A stretch of 64,000 bases of DNA from Phoronis australis (Eukaryota > Animalia > Phoronida). The stretch spans positions 447,517-511,516 of the forward strand of contig NMRA01000234.1 in the NCBI GenBank assembly GCA_002633005.1, in the 5' to 3' direction. The number at the start of each line of letters is the position of its first letter. The stretch's first letter is position 1. Below the pieces are notes generated by a model. It searched no databases and was not told the origin of the DNA. It saw only the letters and a program-made list of their open reading frames with translations. A program made the position numbers and the translations under genes. Of this stretch, positions 49,901 through 63,947 are shown in pieces.

Positions 49901-52900
49901 AACATACATCTCAAACAATATCAGGTAAAGAGTTCCCCATTGTTGTTGGGCTGGTGTTTTAGATGAGCTTCCATATACAATTTTTTTTTTGAAATCTGAT
50001 GAAAATGAATATTCCTGAGGGTTATTATTTTTAATGTGGTTCCACTTAACCAGACATGTTGGCATGCTTTGTGAATCAATCGAATATCCTTGATTATCAC
50101 TGTGTCGTATTATGTGTAGGAAAATTATGCCTAGATGTTCATAATTTCATGTCTCCTATTTTCTGAAATATCACGATTTCTAGGAAAAATGCAGTCACAT
50201 AATTATGGACATCGAGACATTATTTCTGTGTACATAAGATTCTGTGATCATCAAGAAATACTGAAATTCAGGGGTGTACAATTGATATTTAGAAAGAAAT
50301 TTGATCCTCGTTATTTTAAAGTGTGTGTCACCTTTGCAGGACAAGTGGTTGTCCATGTTTCAGCAGATGGAGTGTCAACACCAGCAGCAGATGGCAGCTC
50401 TGAACCATGAGCACCAAGTCAACATACAACAGCTGCAGGCTCAGATTGAGCAGCAGCTGAGTCAGCAACACCAACTCATTGAAGAGAAACTTGGTTTGTC
50501 ACCAAAGAAAGACCAGAGTCCTGATGGTAACGATGACAGTGCCATGGTAACGTCACCACCACCAGGACAGGGAGGTGAAGTAAGACAGGAAGCAACTGGC
50601 ATTGAGGCTGGTGACAAAGGATCACAGGGTTCTCTTGTTGTATCCAGGCAAATGGATCAACAGTCATTGTTAGGTAAAAGGTCAAATGCCATAGGAGGTG
50701 CTGGTGAACCTGCTGGTGGGTTGAGGTTTGGATTTGGTGAATCACAGAAGATTCTTCAGGAAGACGCTGGCAATACTGATGGAGGACAGGGAGAGGGGGA
50801 TGCTGGAATGGACAATCAGAAACAGATTGACACCTTGACCTCAGATCACATCACTGGTGGAATTGGGGATAACTGGGTTGTGAGTGATGTCTTCAGCCAT
50901 GACTCCAGCGTGGAGATTACTGATGGTGATTCGAAGTATCCTGTGATACAAACAAACTTTGACCTGGAGACGCCTGTGATGAAGGCACTGCGTCTTAACA
51001 AGAAACACTCACCAACCACAGGGAAAAGGAAACCTTTGCAGGCAACAAATAGCAAACCATCTGACTGGCCAACCTTGACCAGAGATGATGTTGCCAAGGT
51101 GATTCAGTCTGTGGATGAGTATTTATACCGCTCTACACAAAACACAAAGCCCAAAAGTGACCATGCTTCTGGGGTTAATAAAAATGTATGGCCAAGTGAA
51201 GAGGAGGCAGACCCTGCCAGAGATCCCCCAGGTCCCAGCGGGGAGCAGGTGGAGAGGGAGTGTGGTGAAGGCGAGCACCATAGTCGTCCAGGCTCACCTG
51301 GCTCCAGCATGTCTACTAGCTATCAACTGTTGCCAGAGCCATCGGCAGACACAGTGCGTGCTGTGCAGAACACTTCAAAGGTGGGTAACCTTGAAAACTT
51401 ACCTTGCTCCTAACACACACACACACACGGACATGCACACATACACACAGATAGCAGAAATGGTGGTTTGTAAATTTACATCTTGCAACACCACAACACT
51501 TATCACTTCAAACCATATTAAATAAGTTATACTGGGGTTATGTCTCCGTGAGATGGATACATTCACTCAATTATTTTTAATCTTTAGTATTTACACTGTG
51601 ATTGTGTCGATTCCCAAGTTTTCACGTAGCAATCACGTGACAAGAGTTTGACTTGTCGATATAACAAAAATTGCTTTGTAAATATATTATTGCGGTAAGA
51701 GGTAATGAGTCGACCAAATCACTATAGAAAACACAGGCTTGGCGTAAGGTTCTAAGTGGGAACACTTACTATGGTGAGATTTTAACCCGTGCCGTGCATT
51801 TAAGCTGGATTTGCTTTCAAAGGGCAATAAATACACTGGTAAGTTATGAGACATCCACTTTACATGTCACCGCCCAACAGCAATCCAGTGGAAACATTTA
51901 AGCTGACTTTGACGGCCTAATTTTTCTTGAGAGCCTAGCTTTTGAGCCCATTTAAAATTTGTTGAGCTGGTCAACAGTCTATAAATATTATGGTCTTTGG
52001 CTGCAGGCTTATGTGATCAGATCTTCACTCGGTCAACAGTTTATTAACCGTCTTATAGGCTTACTTAAAATATTTTATTATGCATCTGCACATATATGTG
52101 GGTGCATATTGCCCTGATCTCTGTCTGCATGTGCAGCATACACTTTATTTTGTTCATATTTCTTCACTTGCTTTAAACGTAGTTTCCAAAATTCAATGAA
52201 CCATGTGCTTCAACATACTACACTCGTTAAGAAGCTATGATGTTTCACAATTTTCATTAATTATATGTCTGGTAAATTGTTTTTGTTCATGCTGTTTTGT
52301 TAAACGGTAAACTTTTTTGATCACGAGGTCACCAAATCACATCCGTTTTATAGTTTGTTATGTTTAATCATTATTGTATTTAGTACTCAACATCTGGCAT
52401 TTCCATGTGCATTAGAATCGAGTTGTATACACAGGGCATGGGAGAGAATGACTTTGCGTACAGTTGTCTTGGATGCAAGTATTGCTCGTGGTTCGAAGTC
52501 GTGTGACTTGGGCTATACTCTTGGGTTGGGTTCTGATCTTTGTACTCAAAATCAGACTCAAAATTATTTTTGGCATTTTCCATATGATTGTACTAGTGTG
52601 CGAATGCAAGATAAGTGTCTATCATTCTGTACTCGAGTACATTATAGTTCATGCATATGAGTTTCTAGTCCAAGTTCCCCCCTAAATTCTAGCTAAAAAC
52701 TTATCAAGATTTCGAATGAAAACTCAAAATTTAGAGTTCATTATATATACTAGCATACAATAATAGACACTTACTTTGAGTTTGCACAAAAGTAGAGTAG
52801 GAAATACCAAATATAATTTTGAATTCAATTTCGAGTAAAAAATGAGACCCTGGAACTCCAGGCTGCATTTATTTCCATGTAGCTACACACATCAGTAGCT

Positions 52901-55900
52901 ACACACATCAGTAGCTACACACATCAGTAGCTACACACATCAGTAGCTACACACATCAGTAGCTACACACATCAGTAGCTACACTAATCAGGTGTGGTGA
53001 CATCATCAATTGTGTCACTAAGAAAATGAATTCTGACATCATAATTGATATCTTCGATAATTCTCTCAAAGTTCGAAAAATGAAAAATGCCATTAATCGC
53101 CACCGTTGTCTTAAGGAAATTGCCGACAAGTTTCCGACTCCCACGAAGAGTGAAATTGAGGCTAGTGAACAACTGAGGACAGAGCTACAGCAGAGGCATG
53201 AAGCTGCTGTTGATGTATCACCACGTACTGTTGAGAGTACATACACATCACCACTAGAGGGCATGCAGAATGTATCAAAGTAGGTCAAACTTACTTGAAT
53301 TGCTCTTTAGTTATATTTCTTGTAGTTTTTGTTTAGTATTATATTCCTTTTGAAACTACTTTTGAAATTTACCCGCAATGTGTTGACTTTGGTATACAGT
53401 TCCTTCTTAGATTTTGTACTTAAAATACTAACTTGTGATTTTTTTTGAAGCAGCCGTGTCAACCTGAGGGAAAAACACCAGCGCCACCTGGCAGACCTCA
53501 GGGCATACTACGAGCTCGAAATGGAAGACTTGAAGGCCAAGATCTCGTCACCTGACTACATCAAGTCACGTTCTCCGTACAAACAACTTGAGAGAGAAAA
53601 CACCAGGTGGCAGGACCGTTGTAATCTACTAGAGAGTGAGCTGCTGAAATCAAAACAGTGAGTGTATTGTTGGGTCTGTACTTCTGGAGTCGTGTTTACC
53701 ACATTAAAATCTGACGATCAACATTTCATGCATCAAGTTGGAGGTTGTAGTTTCATCCGTACAACTGCAGTGTTGTGGGGAATTGTGTTTTACTTTTAGT
53801 TGAACGTTGTCTGCTATTTCTTGTGTTGTAATGTGTTGGTCGTTTGTGTTGGTTGTTTTGATAGATAAAAAAACCAATGTGAAGTTTTCTCGGACTATAG
53901 TGATACAAGTTTTTCCTTACTGTAATGATACAAGTTTTTATTTTAGGTATATTGGAGAGATGGAAGGCCAGTTAGAAAGTATGGAAATGAGAGTGGTAAG
54001 ATGAATTATGGGAAATTTTAAAATGGGATGTACGTTATCTTGTGAAGGTTATCAGTGGCTATTGGTTGTATTCACACAGTTGTGTTCGATTCTTTTCGTG
54101 ATACCATGGTTACATCATACTTGTTGTTACAATTAGCTGACCACTGATGTGTGCTTAGTGCAATCAACACATAGTTTGTAGTCTTTCAATATTTAGCAAC
54201 TTTTGACCAAAACTACAGCAGCTGTATTGATTGCTAATAATGTTCTTTTATTACTAGGTTACCAAAAGATGTTTGAATAATGATACAATATGACATGTTG
54301 AAATAATATAATTCCAATGAATGCTAGAGAATGACTTTTGAGAGGAAAAATAAATCAGTCATTTTTGTGTTCATGATGCATTGTATAGCATACAATAATT
54401 TCCCGTTTGCTAGCGGGAGTACCCCAAGCGTCTAGAGACTGCCCAGGATAAGATCACAACTCTACAATACCAGCTTGAGCAGCTCACTACATATTCTAGT
54501 GAGAAGGATGTGCTGGTACACAAGCTGGAAAGTAAAAATAAAGATCTCTCTGCCAGACTCGAGGAGGCCTATAAGGTAAGACATGTGAGGCCAGTAGTTA
54601 TTTACCGTAATCGTTCGGGTTAATGCCCATGCTCAGTTAACCGCCCATCCCCGACTTTAAGTGGATTTTCGATTTAACCGCCCACTGCTCGGTTAAGCGC
54701 CCCCGTGCGATTTTTGAAGATTTCCACTTAAGCACCCACCTCTCAGTTAAGCACCCATCCCCAACTTTTAAAGAATGAAGATTTAGCGCCTAGTGCTAAG
54801 GAAACGCGCGATTCCCCGTAGAAAAAGGTCGATGATCACAATGAGTGCAACGACGCCGGGACTCCGAGACGGTGGTTTAGCAATCTGAATTACAATACAG
54901 GTAACGAGTTATTGTCTTGGGTCATGAACTCACTTCAAAATATAATACCTGAACCTTTTTGTCACTTTATTTTCTTCCCTTGTTTGCAAAGTTTAAGAAC
55001 GCCGCCGGCGTCAAAACCTCCGCTTTCAGCGACTTTGTCTGCCGCGCTGAGTTTCCGTCTGCAGTGCACTAGATAAAACATATATTCGAAAAAATCAGGC
55101 CAGAGAAATGTGACAATGGTTTTGCCAACCCTCCAAATTCTATTAAGATGGGAAGCTCTGTAGGCTCGTATTTTGAACAAATATCACAACTCACGGAAAG
55201 ATGTCAAATTCTCAATATTTTGATGAATAGTTATAGAGGATGTGGGGCGACCGAAGGGACAGTACAAGTGCCTTACTGGGTTACCAATTTCGTTGCTGCC
55301 TGTCGATTTCTGAGTTCAAAGGTTGGCAATAATGTATGTTTCTGTATGATCTTGATGTAATAAAAAACTGCTTGTCAAATTTTGTTTTTCGCTTATTGCA
55401 TCTCTGTCAAACTGGTTAGATTTAACTAATGTCGCTGGCTGTTCTTTACTATTTCTTGCGTCAGCCCCTACATAAGCGTGACTGTGTGAATTATCGTTTC
55501 CACATCCCCTTTTTAGCCATCCAGAATAATTTTTTTTATACATTGGCCATTTTCTGCCTGAACAAAAATTCTTACCATTCGAGTCTGAAATATCTACGAC
55601 GTAGACTGCTTGACGATAGTGGATAGGAGATTCACGCAGCTAGTTACCGGGATGGGCTTAGGGAGCATCGAGCCGGGAAATATGGGAATAGACTTGACAT
55701 CGCAGTTTTGGGGAACATTGGCAAAGAACTGGGTCTTTCGTAACAACAGCTTAAAAGTACATAGTCACGCCCGTTTTTGTTACTTCGTCGGACTGTCGCT
55801 ATGTGTGACTGATTTGTAGTGGTGCACGTGCGCAAGTTCCCACACTTTGGAGTGCATGTTACCTTGACACCAACATGTGATTGACAGGTGACTCACACGT

Positions 55901-58900
55901 AAGCCCTACGTGCGTGCTGAATACCGCCACTATCTTTGGCCATAAAAAACGGGATGCATATTGAAAGAGGCCGTTATATTACTTGACGGCATTTCCAAGT
56001 CACGATTGTCAGCCGACTGAGACATTGCGCGATAACAGCGGGACCGAACAGTGCCGCAGTGCGATATTACAAGTGATATAAATAGGATAATCTGGACATC
56101 TTGCATGAAAAATAAATATTTTCCACTACGAAGTTTGGTAAGGTGATCGTTTATAATAATGAATTGAAACATTGCTGTTTTTTGACATTTTGTAACATTT
56201 TTATGTAGTTGCTTGAAATTTTATTCTTGATCGACGACTAGCTCGACCACCCCCCGATCCTTGTCTTACTTCTTTGTATAGCATGTTTGGCTCAACAGCA
56301 AGAGAGCAATGCCGGGCTGTTGAGATAAGACAGCTAGCCACAGAACCATACGCTGAAAATGTCATTGAGTGACGGAGTGTCGACTATAACATCTCAAATA
56401 CAAAAAAACAGCAGAGTTAAGTTTTTCAAACTTTTATTACAACCAATTTTAGAACATTACTGCTCTCTGACTCAGAACTTGACAGCTACATATAGTACGA
56501 GACTGTAACCATAAATTTGATGTCTTACTTCTGCAACATGTGAAGCTTGCACGCGCACTTAAGCAGGGTCACATCTTGAAACAGTTTTATTCTAGTGGAG
56601 GCTGCGTGGTCACTGGTCATCTGCGCACTGCAGGACGGCACGGGGCTATTACTCAGCAATTTTGTAAATTTAATAGTGAATGACTAATCTGAGGGCAAGA
56701 GAACCTTTGTTGGGATCATCCGCTGTTATGACGTTTTCACAGTCATTTGGCGACGTGACGATAAAGCTCTTTGAAAAGGGCTATGCGTTCCGAGTATGAT
56801 TGTCGTGTGGGGATTTAGATTGCCAGGTAAGATTAGCCGCCCAGGACGGTTGTCTGTCGTAATAAGCGCCCATGTTCGGTTAACTGCCCATCCCCTACTT
56901 TAGGTGGATTTTCGATTTAACCGCCCACTGCTCGGTTAACCGCCCTCCCCCGATTTCTTGGATTCGCTTATTTAACCGCCCAGGGCGTTAACCCAAATGA
57001 TTACGGTAGTTTTAATTGGGGATTCTCAGTCATGAGTCATCCAAGTCTACCTTAGACTGAGAAAAAAATAAGTATTGGTTGGCTTGAGGTATGTTGTTAC
57101 CATTAACTATTAAGTAGAAAAAGTTGTAAGTCTGTTGACTTTGTAGTGAGTTGCATTTTGAATTGCTGTTTTGGACAAGTGTCTTGGGCGAAATAATGTC
57201 CAGGGCTGAATTGCCTAGACGCACGAATCTCACAAGTAAAGCTAGTGTGTTCACGTGCTTTGTTTGTTATACAAAGTGAGATCTCGCATGAGTGTATTGT
57301 GTCTACTGAACAAGCACCAGTTATGGACTTCACTTTTGATGGGGTGGACATATTTCTTACTCTTATTACTGCGTGTGTTTGTGTGTGTGCGTGTGCGTGT
57401 GCTTGTGTGTAGCTGTGGTCTTTGTCCTGTCTTGGCATCTCTGACTTGATTGGTGTGTTGGAATAATGTCTTGACATCTTTGTTTTCACAGCTTCAAGAC
57501 TTGAAATTGGCCAACGCATGCAAGGACGCTGCTTTGTTGAAAAAGGTACAAACTGCTTGTAATAATGTGTTTGCTAGTTAACATATTCTTAGCGCAGCAA
57601 TTGCTGTATGACAGTATAAACTTTATTTTGGTATGAAAATCAAGGTCCCTTTTTTGACCATGCATACTGTGAGGTGCTCTTATGGATCCTGTCCCATTAT
57701 GATACAATACTGTCTGACTGTGATGTGTTTTTACAGGTCCAATCTCAACATGACAAACTAGTGACGGAGCATGAGAAGATGAAGGCAGCATTACTCACAG
57801 CCGAGAATGAGATTTATGATTCCAGGACTCAGTTGGCTGAATACAAGAGGTAGCCTGTGATTTCTGGTCTTCTAACAGCTGACAAGAACCTCAGTCAAAA
57901 TTTGAAAAGTTTCAGAATAAATTTTTTTAGCCAAACTCCGTATTTACATCCTGTGATGTTGGTTAAGTTCTCTTCATAATTACATCCACTTACTTTTGTT
58001 AGTAATCCCTTAACTTTCATTCTATGCTGATGTCCATATGTTTGATCTAAATTTGCCCTATGTATTTACAACCAGTTTTCTCCATATTTATAATTAGTTA
58101 TGCTTCATTTTCATCTATATGGTTCCTCTCTGTCACTTTTTAACCCGTTTTCCATATTTAGTGTTAGTCGTGATGTGCACATGTCTTCCATGCAGGTTCT
58201 TCACTCTTTGTTTGTACTGCAGGACAGTGGCCGACCTTCACCTTGAGCAGAAGCGACTGAGCCGGGAGAACGACTTGTTGAGACATCGTGGTCTGTCCAC
58301 CACACTTGGGTAAGCTCTGTGGTCATAGATGTGTGAGAGCGAGGTGCAATGTGTGGCTGGATGGCATGCCTGATATTCATCTGCATAAACCATTCCATTC
58401 TAGCACAGACTAACAGCCGGTTATATATTGTCAAGTCAGCCTGTAGACTCTGATCTCGAGCCACAACTAATTGTCACTTCCTTCCTAGTCCAAAAATGAC
58501 ATCTATTTTGTCCGTGAAACAATTTTGATGGCAATTCCATAACTGTAAGCAGTGTGACACATGCTCAAAGTGAGGCTTGATTAAACTTGATGTCAACGTA
58601 GTATTGTAGAATCACTGAATTCTTGACTATTTGTTTTTTACTTACCTTTGCAGTCGACATGACCACGAGTCACGACAGAGAGCTGTCATGCTGTCAGAAT
58701 CACAGGCCACATACAGAGCGCACCAAATAAGCCCTAGGACAGCCATGAGTCAGGGGAACCACTCAGACACATATATGCTCAAGACAGAGACAGATCGTAG
58801 ACTTCACAATGTTGATGTTGAAAGGTAGATCTCTGGACTTCGTTACTGGTGTTTGTTATTAGAGGGTGTTCTGCGTGAATGGCAGGGGCAAGCAGAATAG

Positions 58901-61900
58901 TGCAGTGTAACTTACAGGCACCTGGTCATGATCTGTTCAGAGGAAGGCTGTTCAATTGTTAAATTAGGGACGAGAATAATTTTGTGATGAGGTCATTGAT
59001 GTGCATTCATTTTTCTTGATTTTTGTGCAATATTTGTACTTTTATTAATTTTGAAAATGTGATTTTTTGTCAATTATTTTTTAGATTTTGCCCAAGTGTA
59101 ATATTGCAATCTTGCTAAACAGTATCATATTGAGATGAGTATTCACAACATGTAACCTTATATATTAAGGCATGACAGTTGTATGTGACAAAAGTAATTA
59201 TTAAGACAGATAAAACACTGTTCTACCGTAACATACCAAATGCTGTTAACAAAAAAGTCACTGGTAATAACCATTGTGGTGGAAAAGTTCAAATTACAGA
59301 ATGGCTCAGCGACCCTACTAACTTCCTTGTTAGTTCCACTTCATTCAAAGGAAGGCTGCTCTAATGAACTTGGCTTCTATCCAGCTGCCATGACAGGGAA
59401 TTCTGGGTCATTTTGTCTGAATAATTGTAGTGTGTACTATAACTATGTCCAGTGCCTAATTCGTGTTGCCAACAGTAATACTAATTGTTTGTTAACAGTG
59501 TTGACAGTCGTAGTGATGTTGATAGTGAAGATCGGCCGCTGTCTCCATTGTTGAAAGCTGAGAGAGAGTTTGAGCGGCGTCTACAGACACTTGAAGAGTC
59601 CACCCCCAAGGGGGCGTCATCTTCCAGCTACAAGGACACAAACAAAAGGTCACAAGTTCTTAAAGTAAGTGACAGTTACACTGTTGATAGGAAGCAGGCT
59701 GATGTGGACTCTGATTCATCAGCTGTGGGATCAGAGGTTAGTAAGAGAACGCCACGAAAAAGGAAGTTGAAAAAGGACAAGTCATCGCTGAAGTACGTCG
59801 TTCGGCAGTCTCCGTCTGGCACNAACGCTCCGCGTTGCTCTTGTTAATTTTGAAAATGTGATTTTTTGTCAATTATTTTTTAGATTTTGCCCAAGTGTAA
59901 TGTTGCAATCTTGCTAAACAGTATCATATTGAGATGAGTATTCACAACATGTAACCTTATCAACCTTGCCAACAGTAATACTAATTGTTTGTTAACAGTG
60001 TTGACAGTCGTAGTGATGTTGATAGTGAAGATCGGCCGCTGTCTCCGTTGTTGAAAGCTGAGAGAGAGTTTGAGCGGCGTCTACAGACACTTGAAGAGTC
60101 CACCCCCAAGGGGGCGTCATCTTCCAGCTACAAGGACACAAACAAAAGGTCACAAGTTCTTAAAGTAAGTGACAGTTACACTGTTGATAGGAAGCAGGCT
60201 GATGTGGACTCTGATTCATCAGCTGTGGGATCAGAGGTTAGTAAGAGAACGCCACGAAAAAGGAAGTTGAAAAAGGACAAGTCATCGCTGAAGTACGTCG
60301 TTCGGCAGTCTCCGTCTGGCACTGTGGAAATGTCAGTGGAGGTACCCAATAAAGACGGTCATAGTCCAGCCAATAACCAAGAGACTGGTGTTGGGCATAA
60401 GGATGCACCAAACGCGACAAGGTATGTATGTGTGTATGTTAATGTGGATTAGTTGTTAAGAGTTGTGGCTTCCTACTTAATGCATGCAGGGATGTGCTTC
60501 AGAGCTGTGTAGGGAGATATGTATTTATGGACCAGTGAACAAACTAGTTTACAGAAGTGGTCGATTTATGGTAAATGGTGCAATCACCTCAAACACAGTA
60601 CAGAAAGCAAGAATATAAGACAAAGACTTGGACAATATGGTGTGGGCTGGTATAGAGCACAGGTCACAAGCATTTGGGCAATTTGGCATGAACTGGGTTA
60701 GAACACTGGTCACAATGTTTTAGAGCTTTCTGAAACAGAGCAGATGTGTGCTTATGGAGCTGACGTTGGATGATAACCGTGGTGAGTTTTGGACTGATCT
60801 GACTACCACTGTGCCCCCTTGTGGCAAATTATTTGTTTTGCGTTTGCCTCTGTTCACAAATTGATTTTCATGGGATCTGGAAAATAGGTCTCTATTAAAG
60901 AGATGATGATGCCTTTCCGTTTTTGGACAGATTCTACATATTTTGCTCTACCTAGTGTCCATTGTTATTATTTTTGGTCCATTCTGTCTCTGTTCACCTT
61001 TTTATTTGCCAAACCACTCAGAGAATTATCTTGAAAATTACCAAGCGTTTTCCATGTGAAAAAAGCGTAGCTGACAATTCATTTTCTGACAGAGGTGGCA
61101 CCTCCTAATGACAATTTTTATTTCCTCAATCTTCGGAGGATCTTTTTGAAATTTGACGAGTATTTTCCTATGACTGTGACAAAGGCTGACTACGACCTTC
61201 CAGCAGATCTGACCTTTGCTGTTTCCTGTGGTGGCACATTTCCCTCTGCTATCTTTAGTGTTGCTTGATGGTTTTTTGTGAATTTTACTGAAGATTTTTA
61301 TCCTGGAAATGATATCACTTTTTCCATTTTGAGATGGATTCGACATGTTTTGCATTACCTAGTGGTCATTTTTATTGATTCTGTATCTACCAAACTGCTC
61401 AGAGGATCAGCGTAAAGTAGGCACATGTGTTTGCACTGACAAGAGCACAATTGATGTTGATTTTCAAACAGGTCCAACTTCTGTGTCACCCTCTAGTGGC
61501 GTTTTTGTTTTTGTGACTGTATCTCCTAAATACCTTACAAGATCTTTATGAAATGTGGCGATTGTATCGAATTTCTATTAAGTTGACAACAAATGGACGG
61601 ATTTGTCTACCACTTTTCCTTCTTGTGGAATGTGGCTTTTTACGTTTGGCTCTGTATCTGTTCCTTTCTTGAAACGTGACAAATAGTTTTCTGTTAGAGA
61701 GATGACAACATCTTTCCGTTGTTAGACAAGTTTGATGTATTCTACGATATCTGGTGGCCATTTTTATGATGCTATTTAACTCCCATTTGCGCCACAGTCG
61801 TGGGCGCTCTTCAACGCTGCACGTTGCCGTTTTGTGATTTATGAAAATTTGGATTTCAGGTTTGATGTTGCTGCGGGGACTAAGAAAACACCCAAAGAAG

Positions 61901-63947
61901 GCGCTGGTGTGTTGCCACCTAATGAGTCATCAGCATCAGTGAGGTCAAAAGGTCAGATTTAGATGCTTGAAGTTTATAGGACATGATTAACATTACCAAA
62001 ATCTGTATCATTATTGTGGTGTTACCCTTAAAAATTCTCAGATTCTCGTGTTCATCTGTCACAGTCTAAAGCCTAGTTTTCAGGTGTTGCTGTTTTTGTT
62101 TTCATTTGAGTTGTTTTGCTATGGTTTGTGGCAAATAAAAAAGCAGATTGCCTTAACGTTTGTTTTTTTACATGAAAAATGAGTAAGGCAAATTAGTAAT
62201 AATTGCCAGATGAACGGTAATGAAAATATGTATTGTGCTCAAATGTCGAGCGCTCGAGTTTGATTTCCCAAAATTGGATTCAGAATTTAAAGGATGTACA
62301 TATGGACGGACATAACTGAAGACATGCTTAGTGCAGTCAGTCTGGCACTTTGCATCGTGTCACCCAATGATTTAGTAATCGACGTTAAGAAAACTGACCA
62401 CAGATTTCTGGGCATGTTGTCATAGTGTCTTGGAGAACATTTCCACAAATATGTGCCAGTCCTTGTTTGTTTGTGCGTTCAAGATGATTTCATGATGCGT
62501 TTCAGCTGACCGTGTGAATGGTTACGTGGATGGTGTTAGAAGTGGCAGGTATTCATCATCACCGGCATTACCAGAAGGTGGCACTGTGTCAGCACAGAGA
62601 GCAAGGCAAGCCAGGAGTAAACTGTCAGAGGTAAATGACCTAGTTAGATGACCTAATTAGATGATCTATTTATTGGCATTAGATTGCTTGATTCATGTGT
62701 CTATGAGCATTGTAGATTGTAATGAGAATTCTTCAGAAAGCAAAATATGTTGTATCCTCGGCTTAGTAATAAATGAGTGATAGTGTGAAATGTGATTTGT
62801 TTTTTTAAATGATACTATATCAATCTCAAAGTTCTAACTTTCACAGAAAATGTCAAAGTCGTGGTCTCTTCTTTTGTATGGTAGGCTCTGCTAGCTCTCA
62901 GCTTAGATTCACCAGGATTGTTGCGTCACCAAAAAAAAATTCCTCGGAAACTTCGTTGGAAGGTAGAGTCCTTCTAGTTCTTTCTGGGTGACAGAAATGC
63001 GTTAATTTAGAGATTGGTAATGCATGATGGCATGCCTTACAATTAGATGATTACAAAAAATTTCATCCAGAATGTATATCATGGCTGGAAGGTGTGAATA
63101 TTTTTGTATGTTTTTGTGGATTTAGAAACTTCCATGTTTTTGCTGTGAATTTGTAATGTAAGTAAGAATTAATAGTCTTCGTACATGCCATATTTTGGTC
63201 TCATCACGTAGTGTGTAAGAAGTCTAATAAATCTTACCTATACCACATCAATGCTCTGATTTAACGCAGTCATTAAGAATTTGTATAGTTACTTTGTTGT
63301 ACATAAAGCAATACCTCCACAATTAAGCTGTAAAAAAATTCAATTTGAGCATGTTTTAAAGCAAAACGATGAATTATCTGTTTGAAAAACAACAGGGCGC
63401 GACACCTTGAAGTCACCATGCTGTTTGTTTTGTCGACTTTAGAGAAAATACAACCTGCAGCTTTTTGCTTAGAACTTCATTAATGTGTGTAGTCATGCAT
63501 TCATTTTAGGATCATTATTGATGTTGTAATCTATTTTTATTGCTTGGACAAGGTAAGAGCTGAGAAACAATCCCTTCTGGAAGGTACTTAATGTCATACC
63601 AGACATATGAAATTGAAATTGGGTCAGTTTGACCTATTTAGAGGTGTCAGTGGCGCCACTTACTCAATGTTGATTTTGGTGCATTTTGGCTTGTTGCTTG
63701 GAATTGACGGGATATTTTAGGGGCTATTTGATGGCTGCGTTAAGAAGTGTGTCAATCTTTCTGCTGTGACTAGTCTCCTTAATGACGTGTATCATATCTT
63801 TACAGAAACAATGCTCTGTATTATATTTTCAATTTTTGTTTACCACAGACAAAGCAGATGGATCCTGGTACAAAATTGAATGAACGTATGCAGCTAGTAC
63901 ATGATCTAGAGAGAAGACTAGATGAACTACTCGTAGAGAAAAGAACC
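43901..63947 (+). CDS. MPHOSPH9: M-phase phosphoprotein 9-like coiled-coil protein, multi-exon, 3' end outside the window
   Basis: Phase-consistent GT-AG exons: 43901-43988, 44937-45047, 48344-49794, 50340-51380, 53116-53279, 53451(or 53454)-53657, 53947-53995, 54414-54575, 57492-57545, 57737-57849, 58223-58309, 58654-58824, 59999-60421, 61860-61951, 62506-62630, 63849-63947. Diagnostic segment RVNLREKHQRHLADLRAYYELEMEDLK; divergent from MTRFR. Confidence 0.8.
45147..45432. repeat. Minisatellite, 47-bp unit x6
   Basis: CTCTATCTGTGCAGGTGGTACCGGTGTTCTGTGTATTGTATATGCTT repeated. Confidence 0.95.
46436..46662. repeat. Degenerate tandem repeat, ~33-bp unit
   Basis: CAATGTTGATGTGC(A/G)CC..CATGTGCATTGCA repeated ~6 times. 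Confidence 0.75.
48344..49794 (+). CDS. MPHOSPH9: MPHOSPH9-like large Ser-rich exon
   Basis: TTTTAG|GC acceptor, open frame continuous with ORF 48478-49836, donor CAG|GTAAAG. Confidence 0.8.
49781..49966. repeat. 65-bp tandem triplication spanning an exon-intron junction
   Basis: TCAAACAATATCAG|GTAAAGAGTTCCCCATTGTTGTTGGGCTGGTGTTTTAG at 49781, 49846 and 49911. Confidence 0.95.
50340..51380 (+). CDS. MPHOSPH9: MPHOSPH9-like exon (Gln-rich coiled coil plus disordered region)
   Basis: TTTGCAG|GAC acceptor, AAG|GTGGGT donor, within ORF 50301-51413. Confidence 0.8.
52528..52850. mobile_element. Degenerate fold-back MITE
   Basis: Left GGGTTCTGATC..TACTCAAAATCAGACTCAAAATTATTTTTGGCATTT mirrors right AAATACCAAATATAATTTTGAATTCAATTTCGAGTA..GAGACCC. 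Confidence 0.55.
52879..52984. repeat. Tandem repeat, 16-bp unit x~6.5
   Basis: GTAGCTACACACATCA repeated. Confidence 0.95.
53451..53657 (+). CDS. MPHOSPH9: MPHOSPH9-like conserved-domain exon
   Basis: SRVNLREKHQRHLADLRAYYELEMEDLKAKI; donor CA|GTGAGT. Confidence 0.85.
54605..57006. mobile_element. 2.4-kb non-autonomous Tc1/mariner-superfamily (pogo-like) element in a MPHOSPH9 intron
   Basis: TA TSD; TIR CCGTAATC(G/A)TT(C/T)GGGTTAA(T/C)GCCC; subterminal TAA(C/G)CGCCCA arrays and an ~80-bp block repeated directly near both ends; no long ORF. Confidence 0.8.
59045..60322. other. Tandem near-identical duplication across a 1-N gap (likely unmerged haplotypes)
   Basis: 59045-59822 repeats at 59844-60322 with two visible substitutions; the second copy lacks ~305 intronic bp (59161-59465). 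Confidence 0.8.

Noticed and set aside
59499-59822. True tandem exon duplication in MPHOSPH9
   Set aside because: Truncated at an N with near-identical sequence; most likely an assembly overlap.
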